From Eledone cirrhosa (lineage: Eukaryota), in the NCBI GenBank assembly GCA_964016885.1, contig OZ024743.1, positions 51,708,001 to 51,772,000 of the forward strand: a DNA stretch of 64,000 nt, in the 5' to 3' direction. Both the position numbers and the translations under genes were made by a program. This document shows, piece by piece, positions 35,511-47,031 of this stretch; within the stretch, counting starts at the first letter, position 1; the number at the start of each line of letters is the position of its first letter. Below the pieces are notes generated by a model that saw nothing but the letters and a program-made list of their open reading frames with translations, had not been told where the DNA came from and made no database searches.

Positions 35511-38500
35511 TACCATTAAATCAACCAAGACACCTCCAATGAGATATACCTTGGAGGAGGCCAGCATGGGTGTGAGCTTGCTAGAACTGTTATTGTCAGG
35601 CGTAATTGTGCTGTGAGTTTGCCTGGGTCAACACTGGTACCAAGCTTTATCAAACCTTGCCTTTCTCTTAGATAACATCAGTGGTGAGAGGGAAGACTGA
35701 CATACATGGGCAACTGCTGGTTTTTATATGCCAGTGTGTTGCTGTTTAACCCTAATCCAACCGTGACAATCCTGTGTTTATGCAAGACTATGTTAACCAA
35801 TGACTCCTTACATTTTTAAGATGGAAACCGAGAAAGTCTGTTGTTAATGTGTCTCTATCTCTGTCTTTATATCAATGCCGTTAGAAGCAAGCAGTAATAT
35901 TTATATCCTGTATAAACAATCCATTCTTAAGAATAAAAATATGGGGTGGCTAGTCTTGTCCAATCCAAGTGAACTTTAAAAAAATGGATGTTGGTGATGC
36001 TGAAATTGTCACATGATAGAAAATAACAAAACATGAGATGAAGAAAAATGCTGAGAAATCTTAAAATATTTCATTGTTTTATTTAATTAGTTTTGTTTGA
36101 CATTTTGTGTCAGTAGTTAACAGTAGGGGTGGTCAAGGGTGGAGAGGTTTACTTCTCGCAGCAGTAAATTGGATAAATAAAAACAAAATTGACATAAAAA
36201 TACAATAAAAACAAAAGAATTTGGGAACAAAATACAAACAATAGAAGAAAACAAAACATATGCAAGTGTGTGTATATAAATATGTATGTATGTATGTGAG
36301 TGTATATATGTGTGTGTATACATATGTACACATGGGTGTGTATATATATATATATATATTTATTTATATTTGCATAAGAAAAAATACTTTTAATAAATAA
36401 AAATCTTGTATATATTAATATTAATAAATTTAAAATATTTTGACTGCAAAGCTTAATAACACTGGTCTGGCTATCGACAATCTCTGGAGATATTTAACTG
36501 CTATTTCTAGCAAATCATTCACATGGGTCTTATTGTGGTTCTTTTTCATTTATTTGACAATCACTGGAGAGATTTGACTGCTATTTCTAGCAGCTCATTC
36601 ACATGATCCTCATTGTGATCCCTTTCTTTCATTCTAGTCTCTTTTAGTGCTTTCCTTATTTTTTTATATTTGTTTTAATTAGACAATGTTAACAGCAATA
36701 ATGTTTTTGTACATTTTCAATATTGTTGGTATGTTTTAATTTCACAGTAACAATATTGATTCTGAATTTTAGTTTTCAAACACAAGGCTATCATTTTGCT
36801 GGGGTAGGCAAAAAAACGAAGAAAATATTTGAGGATGGGGGAGGTAGGGTTCTATTTTCAATGCCTTTTCTCACTTCCCTGGTGGAATAATAGGAAGGTG
36901 GGAGAGAAGTAATTATTGATAACAATAATGATGGTTTCTAATTTAGGCACAAGGCCAGTAATTTGACGGGCTGGACAGGTCAATTATATTGAACCCAATA
37001 TTTGACGTACTTTTATTGACCCTGGTAGGATGAAAGGCAAAGTTTACTATTGCAGGATTGGTACTTAGAACAGGAAAAGCCAACAAATACCACAAGGTTT
37101 GATCTAATTCTGACGACCTTTGAAGGAGTTTATTTCACAATCACAGCACATAATTTCTAATTTAGGTACAAGGCCAAAGATAGGTGTGGAGGGAAAAGTC
37201 GATCATATTGACCCCAGTATTTGACTGGTACGTTATTTCATCAACTTTGGAAAGATGAAAGGCAAAGTTGACTTTGGCAGGACTTGAACTAAAAATGTAA
37301 AGAGCCAGGACAAATACCATAATGGCATTTTAACTGACACCCTACCAATTCTGCCAATCCTCACCCTTTCCACAACGCAATATCTTATCTAGACAGCCTC
37401 AGTGAAGAATGTTTAGAGAAGTGTTTGAGATATGCCTTTCTAAATGATAGTGATGTATGGTGAAGTGAAGCAATTCTCACTGGGAATTGAAACACTAGTA
37501 ATTAAAGCAATGTATTGAAACACTAGTAATTAAAGCAATGCAGTTCTCTTGAATAACAACAGTGGGAGTTTGACTGAGTTCTCCTTTCTCCAGTGGTTTT
37601 CAACATCTTCCAGGAAAACACTATCCTTCAGAGCATAGTCGAGAGAGGGCAAAGGAGAGGCTGACCAAGAAAATCCTGGTCCAACAACATCAAAGACTGA
37701 ACTGGTCACAACACAGAGACCCTTCTATGTATGAAGGAGCATAGAGACCAGTGGTGCCAGCTGACTACTAAAGTGGCACCGCAATGACTGGCTCCATTAG
37801 TTAGAGGAATGTGGTTAATTTATTTATAATGATCAACTACATTTATGGTCATTTACATTGGGATGCAAAGATTTCAAGTTTTCTCAATCCTTCAGTAAAA
37901 TCTTTATTTACAATAAGTATTTCATACGGGAAGGACACAGAGAAGGGATATAAGTGGATTCAATAACCCTCTTACATGACTGGTACATATTTGACCTTGG
38001 ATAATAATGGTTCCTAATTTAGGCAGAGGCCAGGAATTTTAGCAAGAGGGGTCAGTTGATTATATCAATCCCAGTACATAACTGGTACTTTAGTTTCTTG
38101 TCCCCAGAAGGATGAAAGGTCAAGTTAACCTGCCATATATAACAATAATTAATAAGAGTTTCTAGATTTTGGCACAAGATCACACAAGATGGTGGCTACT
38201 GCTGACACGCCAACCATCAGTGCATCACTGGTATATGTGTGTAATTAATCATTATCTCTATTGCTATATAAATATATCATCATCATATGTCTGGGCTAAA
38301 CAGATAGAGACCAAGTCAGTACTTAGTCGGAGTATTTTTAGACCACATTTCACATATGTTCCAGTTTTGACATGGTTTCTACAGATGAGTGCCATTCCTA
38401 ATGCCCACCACATTATGTATATGTGTGTGTATATGTATATATGTGTGTATATATATATATGTGTATGTGTATATATGTGTGTATGTGTATATATATATGT

Positions 38501-39176
38501 GTGTGTATGTGTATCTGTATATATATTCATTCATTCATTCGTTGACTACTGTCGAGATGACGGATCTCACTCATGCCCCAGAATTCAGGAACCCCGGTGC
38601 AGTTAGTTGCGAAATCCATCATTTTTTCAAATAGCTAATAATGTGTGTGGGCGCCACTACTACACACGTGAAAGAATTTGACAGCCAAGTCTTGAAGAAG
38701 GTGCTTTCTCCTCCGGGTGGTGGGTTACCCGGCGCCAGATACCAACCTGGCATTTATACCCTCGCCCTAATTGTTTGTGTTGCAAGCACTAGAGTAGTTG
38801 CTAACCAAAGCTACGGACCCACTCTATCCGTCTGGAGATACGTTGTACTAGCTTACCAGCATACTGGTAGCAGGAAGTATATATATATATATGTGTATAT
38901 GTATATGTATATAGAGTTTACTCAGCTGTAGAAATGAGATGATAGAGACTGGGGTCCATATCATTCCACTGCAAAGTGGTCGTGGAGGTGCCACGGCAAA
39001 AAAGCACCCAGCACTCACTGTAAATGAGGTTGGTGTTAGGAAGGGCATCCAGCTGTAGAAATCAAGCCAGAATCAGTTCCTGTCCCACCCTTGCAAGCAG
39101 GGAAAAGCGGACGTAAAATGATGATGATGATATATATATGTGTGTGTATGTATATATATATATATATGTGTATATG

Positions 39177-39214
<38 letters not shown>

Positions 39215-39538
39215 AATGTATATATGTGTGTGTGTATATGCATGTATACATATATATGTATGATAGACCTGACTTCATTAACGATACTGGAGTCATGTTT
39301 ATCATACTGAAAAAAAAACCCTAGAGTCAGTCATCTGTGAAACGTATGTAATGTCCAATTAAAACATTTTAAAGTGAAACTTAGTTCTTCCATACATAAT
39401 ATATACACTCTGCCATAGCAACAAGTGGTCATGTTGGTGCAACTTCCAGTAATCAACATAATTACTGTACAGCATACATTACATCATCATTTTACACATA
39501 TATATAACATAATTACTGAACAGCATACATTACATATA

Positions 39539-42053
39539 TCATCATTTTACGTCCGCTCTTCCCTGCTTGCAAGGGTGGGACGGGTCTTATTCAGCACAGC
39601 ATCTCTCCACTTGTAACGGTCCTTCGTCATCTCCACCGTGAGCTTCAGCGATCTGAGGTCTGTTCTCACCACCTCCGCCCATGTTTTTCGTGGTCTACCT
39701 CTACCACGTCTTCCTTCAACTGGCATTTCCTGGCACTTCTTTACCCATCGGTCATCCTCCATGTGCATCACATGTCTATACCACCTCAGTCTCCTCTCCC
39801 GTACACTACATTCTCTCTCTCTCAACACATTCATGCTGGGTCGTTCACGCACATTTACACTGCACATCCAACGGAGCATGCTTGCCTCATTTCTTTCCAG
39901 CCGTCGCATATCCTCTGCAGTTGCTGCCCATATCTCACTACCATGCAACATCGCGCTCCTCACACAGGCATCATATAACCGGCCTTTCGTACGCAGGGAG
40001 AAACCCTTCTTCGTCAGCAGAGGAAGCAGCTCCCTAAACTTCTTCCAACCCGTCCTTATTTTAGATACTATGGCCTCGGAACACCCCCCTCCTATGCTAA
40101 TCTGATCTCCTAGGTATCGGAAGCTATCCACCACTTCTATAACACCCGCCTGCATTTGAAAAATGTGTCTATCAATGCGACTTCTACTGTCTAATTTCCC
40201 TGTACATCTACTGCATACATATTTCTCCCTACTGTTAGTTTGCCTGCTATCCCGCTACATCTCTTGTGTACCCAGGATCTGCATTGTGTGCATTTTATAG
40301 AATTTATGCCAGTTCCTTTTCTGCATATCGAACATGGCTATTTCCCTGACGGAATCAGAGTTTTGTCCTCTTTTCTACTCATCAACACTTTTGTCTTAGC
40401 TAGGTTCACTCTCAGTCCTCTTGCTTCCAACTGCTGTTTCCATAGCCAGAATTTATTCTCTAGCTCCTCTACTGATTCTGCTATAAGAACCAGATTGTCA
40501 GCATAGAGAAGTTTCCATGGACAGCCAGTCTTAAACTCCTCTGTTATGGCTTGGAGGACTATAATGAATAAGAGCGGGCTGAGGACCGAACCTTGATGTA
40601 CTCCTACTTGTATCTGGAATTCCTCACTAAACTCTATTCCTACCCTGACTTTACTGACAGTATTTCTGTACAAAGTTTGCACTGTCCTCACAAGCCATTC
40701 CTCAACACTTAGTTTCCTTAGGGACCACCAGATGACAGATCGGGGTACCCTATCAAAGGCCTTCTCTAGGTCAACAAAGGCTAAGTATAGTGGCTTATTT
40801 TTCTCTAAGAAATTGTCTCACCAAGAAGAGGGCATCTGTTGTACTCTTGCCAGGCACAAAACCAAACTGCATCTCATCTAGTTTGACCCTTTCTCTAATT
40901 AGTTGTGCTAATATCCTTTCTGCCACTTTCATAACCTGATTCATCAGTTTTATACCCCTATAATTGCTCCTCTCCAGAGCATCCCCTTCACCTTTGTAGC
41001 AATTTATGAGCATACTGCTGCACCAGTCTTTGGGTATGACACCACCATATATAGCCTGATTGATGATGCGTGCAACCAGCTTAGTGCCTACATCCCCTGA
41101 TGCCTTCAGCATCTCAGCAACTATTCCCGATTATCCAGCAGCCTTACCATTTTTCATTTCCTTAATCGCCTCTTGGACCCTATATTCATCAATCTCAATA
41201 GCTGGTCCCTCTGTCGGATCTACTGAGGGTAATTTCTCTCTCTCCCATTCATTCTCCACATTCATCAGTCTCTCATAATGACATTTCCAGGCCTTCTTTT
41301 TCTGATCATTCGTGACACTAAGTACACCGGTATCGTTCCGGACACATTTATCTCCAACAACATCCTGATTTGCATTGACACACTGCCTTGCAATGTGGAA
41401 CACCGCACGCCTCTGATCTTCCCGTCGCAGAACATTGGCAAACCTCCTACTCTGCGTGCTAAGTACACCTGACGTCTAGCTTCTCTCTTAGCGTCTGTAT
41501 ATTCTTCCCTACTCCCACCCTTTTTCCAAGCCTTCCATGCTAGTCTTTTGTCTCTAATGGCCCTATCTAGTGTGCTGTTCCACCACCAGGTCACTCTCTG
41601 TCTGGTTGGAGCTCTGCTCTAGCCACAAGTTTCATCAGTAGCCTGCAGTAAGTTGTCACGTAAGAAATTCCAGTTATTATCTATGTCATACGTCTCTAAA
41701 TCGTCTTCTTTTTCGTCATATACATCTTGAAGGGCTTTCCTAAATTTGTATTTTAGTGAAAGGTCTTTTAGCTTCCAGACCTTTCTTCTCCACACCTTTC
41801 TGTATGTCTCATTCCATCTCTTGCTTACTGAGATATCATTAACGACTAACCTATGCTGTGGGGTACATTCTTCCCCAGGGTATGCCTTGGTATTAGACAC
41901 TATCTGCCTCTCCCGCTGCCTAACTAGTAAGAAGTCAATCTGGCTTATGTGCTCGCCAGATTTGTAGGTTATTAGGTGGTTGGCAGGTTTTTGGAAGTTT
42001 GTGTTGCAAATAGTCAGTGTACTTGCATCACAAAATTCAAGAAGTCTTACTCC
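39539..42053 (-). mobile_element. RTE-clade LINE, 5'-truncated and decayed (end of APE + RT + 3' tail)
   Basis: Consecutive frameshifted ORFs: NTNFQKP..HLITYKSG..SQIDF, NYRGIKL..MQFGFVPGKSTTDA, GVHQGSVLSPLLF..LYADNL, FRYLGD..GRGRPRKTW. Short (GAT)n tail. Confidence 0.95.
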
Positions 42054-42092
42054 TTCATATATATATAACATAATGAACAGCATACATTACAT

Positions 42093-42658
42093 ATCATCAT
42101 CATCATTTTATGTCTGCTTTCCCCTGCTTGCAAGGGTTGGATGGGTCCTATTCAGCACAGCATCTTTCCACTTGTCACGGTCCTTTGTCAACTCTGTGAG
42201 CTTCAATGATCTGAGGTCTGCTCTCACCACCTCCACCCATGTTTTTCGTGGTCTGCCTCTACTGGGATTTCTTGGCACTTCTTCACCCATCGGTCATCCT
42301 CCATGCGCATCACATGTCCATACCATCTCAGTCGTCTCTCCTGCACACCACAACTTATCCCTCTTATACAGTTTCTCTCTCAACTCATCTATGCTTGGTC
42401 GTTCACACACATTGGCATTGCACATCCAACGGAGCATGCTTGCTTCATTTCTCTTCAGCTGTCACATATCCTCTGCAGTTGCTGCCCATGTCTCACTACC
42501 ATGCAGCATCATGCATCATATAATCGTCCTTTCGTACACAGGGAGAAACCCTTCTTTGTCAACAGAGGAAGCAGATCCCTAAACTTCTTCCAACCCGTCC
42601 TTATTCTAGATACTATGGCCTCGGAACACCCCCCTCTCATGCTAATCTGATCACCTAA
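42093..42658 (-). mobile_element. Second RTE LINE 3' fragment, same family, in tandem with the previous copy
   Basis: LGDQISMRGGCSEAIVSRIRTGWKKFRDLLPLL...GRPRKTW, closely similar to 39547-40130; (GAT)n tail. Confidence 0.9.
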
Positions 42659-44560
42659 GTGCTGGTGGCATGAATAAAAGCACCTAGTCCATGCTGTAAA
42701 ATGGAGGAGTAGGGAGGGCCCCTGAGTCCAGTAAGACAACATCTCTAGTCTGGTGGCACGAATAAAATCACCTAGTCCATGCTGTAAAGTGGTGTTGGTG
42801 TTAGGAAGGGCATCCAACCAGTATATATACTACTGACAAAAACTATGAGCACAACAAATGAGAATTACATATATGTAACATAATTACTGGACAGCATACA
42901 TTACATAATTACTGGACAGCATACATTACATAATTACTGTACAGCATATATTACATATATATATAATCATACATTCGTTTTCCATGCTAGCACAGGTTGG
43001 ATATATATATATATATATATACATGCATAGATATATATATATATACACATATGTATACATAGACACACACATATATGTATATATACTTTGTGTTTGTATT
43101 TATTTTGTAAGATTTTTTAACGTTAAAACGAGTGTTGAAACAGATATAGTTATACTTTGGGAGGTCATGCTGCCAATAAAAACATATGCACCTATTGGTT
43201 TTCACTTCAATTTATTATAATTTTCAGTTGTTTAGGTTAATAACAGGATGGTTGTTTAGTTGTTAATTGTCAAAGTTCTTTTGTCACACATTCTGTGACT
43301 TCCTCAGTGACTACTTTCGTTACTTTGTGTCTCCTCTTTGTTCTGTTTTCCACCATCTTGTAATCATAAAGACAAGTTGGTGTAAAACAGAACAAAGAGG
43401 AGACACCATAATAATAAATTGAAGTGAAATTCAACTGGTGCATGTGTTTTTAGTGGCAGCATGACCCTCCCAAAGTAACACACATATAGTATCAACCCTG
43501 GAAGGATGAAAGCAAATTGATCCCAAATGGAATGTGAATCTGGTAGGGTCAGGTTAAGTACTAAACATGACTTTCTCTGATATTTTGCAGTACCTACCAT
43601 TCTATGACTTTTACATGTTGAAGACAACAACAACAATGATTATATTAACAACAATGATGATGATTTTAACAATAATAATAATATTAACAAGAATGATGAC
43701 AATGGTGTTTAATTTGGGCACAAGACCAGTGATTGGAGGTGAAAGTTGATTAAATCTAAAGTTGACTGGTACTTTATTTTAACCCTAGAAGGATGAAAGG
43801 CAAAGTCTCAGAATGTAAAGGGACATAACTCAATGCTGCCAAGCATTTTGTCTGAAGTTCTAATGATACTGCTTATGATAACTTTTAGTTGTGGCACAAT
43901 GCTGAAAATATTTCAGGGAAGGGGAGAATTTGGTTAAATCAAGCCCATGATTGGTCAGGAGTAAATTTTTGCCATTATAATGATAATAAAATTAATAATG
44001 ATTTATTATTATACTTGTTTCAGTCTTTGAATGCAACCATGCTGGGGCACCACTTTCAAGGGATTTTAGTCGATCATGTTGGTTCCAGTACTTATTTTAT
44101 CAATCTCAATTAATGTTAAACTGCTAAGTTACATGGCATAAACAGTAATTGTAGACACATACAATGGACTTTCACATTGTTTATGTCTACCAAATTCCAC
44201 TCACAAGGCTTTGGTCATCCATAGGCTATAGTACTTGCTTAAGATGCCATGCAGTGGGACTGAAACCATGTATTTCTGAAGTGAACTCTCTAACCACACA
44301 GCCATGCCTGCACCTATTATGATGATAATTGTAATAATTAATAATTAGTTTTTATCCAATTGTTTAAAAAAAACTGAATTAGAAACTGAGAGGAAAAATA
44401 AAAAAAATCAACCCTAAAATCAAAAGCAGAACATCAATAGAGGTGTGGGTGGGTTGTGGATGTAGGAGGAGATGAAGAAAGTATATACAGAGAGAAGCTG
44501 CCTCAGATGCTTCACATTTGAAGATAGAATAACAGAGATAAATAGAGATAGCTCTCTTTC

Positions 44561-44596
<36 letters not shown>

Positions 44597-44759
44597 ATAG
44601 CAATCAGCCATTGCAAACATTAAAGCCTGGAGGATACAGAACAGATGTATTATCTCAAATAAAATAATCTGTTCAAGTATGAAACCAGACAGTAACCAAT
44701 TTAATGTATAATATAATTATTATGTAAATATATATATATATATATATACATACATACAT

Positions 44760-44985
44760 ACCGGTCTCCTCTCTCCACACCACCGATGATGTCCAAGGGA
44801 AAGGCAATTGCCGATACACTAAGCTTGGCACCAGTGATGTCGCAACTCATTTCTTCAGCTGAATAAAATGGAGCAACATGAAATAAAGTGTCTTGCTGAA
44901 GGACACAACACATCATCCGGTCCGGGAATTGAATTCACAACCTCATGATTGAAGCACAATGCTCAACCACTAAGCCATGCACCTT
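44760..44985 (-). mobile_element. tRNA-derived SINE
   Basis: Reverse strand GGTGCATGGCTTAGTGGTTGAGC...GAATTCAATTCCCGGACCG..., same family body. Confidence 0.85.
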
Positions 44986-44995
44986 AATACATATA

Positions 44996-45043
<48 letters not shown>

Positions 45044-45396
45044 GGAGAGAAGGAGATATAGATAGCAAGACAAAGAAACAAAAATTCTATCTGATTTTTC
45101 TTTTAACCATTTTCAAGTTCCAAAGTCAGTTTCAATCTTAGGTGTAGCCATAGGTTCAACTTTGATCATTTCTCCATTAACAAAATAGCTTTTCTATTTA
45201 AGTATGTGTGTGTTCATGTGTATTTGTATGTGTTTGTGTGTGTGTGTATGTGTGTTTTCTATGCATGTTTATGATGTATACAAGTTTATGATGTATATAT
45301 GTTTATGATGTATACACATGAAAATATGGAGTGGATGGAGAAGGGAATATATGGGGGGTATATAATACTATTTGTACATCTCTGGTTGTATGGCTG

Positions 45397-45431
<35 letters not shown>

Positions 45432-45600
45432 GTATGTGGGTCTATATATCTATATGCATGTATAGACACATGTATGTATGTATGCAAATATTTCTATATA
45501 CATATACACACAAGCACAAGTCTATACATACAAACATCATTTTTTCCCTCGTGATAGTTGTATGGTTGTTAGGGGTGGCAGTGTAGACTGCATTACAGAG

Positions 45601-46740
45601 GCTGTGTGGTTGGTATTGAGGGTGGTTGTGTGGTTGGTGTTGTGGTTGTGTGGTTGGTGTACGTGTTGTGTAGTTGGTGTTGTGGTGGTTGTGTGGTTGG
45701 TATTGAGGGTGGTTGTGTAGTTGGTGTTAAGGGTGGTTGGTGTTGTGGTGGTTGTGTGGTTGGTGTTGTGGTGGCTGTGTGGTTGGTGTTGTGGTGGTTG
45801 TGTAGTTGGTGTTGTGGTTGGTATTGAGGGCGGTTGTGTGGCTGGTGTTGTGGTGGTTGTGTGGTTGGTGTTGTGGTGGCTGTGTGGTGGTTGTGTAGTT
45901 GGTGTTGTGGTTGGTATTGAGGGCGGTTGTGTGGCTGGTGTTGTGGTGGTTGTGTGGTTGGTGTTGTGGTGGTTGTGTAGTTGGTGTTGTGGTTGGTATT
46001 GAGGGCGGTTGTGTGGCTGGTGTTGTGGTGGTTGTGTGGTTGGTGTTGTGGTGGTTGTGTAGTTGGTGTTGTGGTTGGTATTGAGGGCGGTTGTGTGGCT
46101 GGTGTTGTGGTGGTTGTGTGGTTGGTGTTGTGGTGGCTGTGTGGTTGGTGTTGTGGTGGTTGTGTAGTTGGTGTTGTGGTTGGTATTGAGGGCGGTTGTG
46201 TGGCTGGTGTTGTGGTGGTTGTGTGGTTGGTGTTGTGGTGGTTGTGTAGTTGGTGTTGTGGTTGGTATTGAGGGCGGTTGTGTGGCTGGTGGTGTGGTTG
46301 GTGTACGTGTTGTGGTGGTTGTGTGGTTGGTATTGAGGGTGGTTGGTGTTGTGGTGGTTATGTGGTTGGTGTTGTGGTGGTTGTGTAGTTGGTGTTGTGG
46401 TTGGTATTGAGGGTGGTTGTGTGGTTGGATGTTGTGGTGGTTATGTGGTTGGTGTTGTGATTGGTGTTGAGGTGGTTGTGTGGTTGGTGTTGTGGTGGTT
46501 GTGTGGTTTGTGTTGTGGTTGTGTGGTTGGTGTTGTGGTGGTTGTGTGGTTGGTTTTGTGTGGTTGGTGTTGTGGTGGTTGTGGTTGTGTGGTTGGTGTT
46601 GTGTGATTAGTGTTGTGGTGGTTGTGTGGTTGGTGTTGTGGTGGTTGTGTGGTTGGTTTTGTGTGGTTGGTGTTGTGGTGGTTGTGTGGTTGGTGTTGTG
46701 GGTGGCTGTGGTTGGTGTTGTGGGTGGTCTATGTGGTTGT
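45601..46740. repeat. GT-rich complex tandem repeat (GGTTGTGT/GGTGTTGT subunits, about 82-bp higher period)
   Basis: Marker GGTATTGAGGGCGG recurs at 82-105 bp spacing; lies immediately 3' of the K2P channel stop codon. Confidence 0.95.
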
Positions 46741-46759
46741 ATGTCGGTCAACATTAGAA

Positions 46760-47010
46760 TCAGTTGAGGTTTGACTGGTCAACAGTACTGCTCGATGTAA
46801 ACTCTGGCCTATTATGACAGTTTGGGTCATCATCGACTTGCTGTGTGTATTTAGGTCCATGGGGTGTATCTGCTGGACGGAGTATAGCCCTCTCCTCCTC
46901 TTGGTTGTGGTCACTCTTCAGGTAGAAATGGAAGCCCAGGTTCAATTCTGGTATCTCATACATCACTGTCAGGGTCAGCATCATCATGATCAAACCAAAT
47001 ATGAGGTAAC
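46760..47010 (-). CDS. KCNK1: Two-pore-domain K+ channel (TWIK/KCNK1-like), terminal coding exon (M4 helix + C-tail)
   Basis: CTTCTTCTCAG|GT-YLIFGLIMMMLTLTVMYEIPELNLGFHFYLKSDHNQEEERAIL...NLN*. Resembles TWIK-1 CYLLLGLIAMLVVLETFCELHEL...FYVKKD...DQVHII. Upstream exons lie beyond the window. Confidence 0.7.
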
Positions 47011-47031
47011 CTGAGAAGAAGAGAGATAGAG

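Noticed and set aside
45601-46740. Telomeric repeat
   Set aside because: GT-rich but not TTAGGG-based, and it is flanked by ordinary sequence.
45537-46754. 405-aa T/P/H/Q/N-rich mucin-like ORF
   Set aside because: It is the translation of a stop-poor tandem repeat that starts just after the channel stop codon; there is no ATG start or domain evidence.
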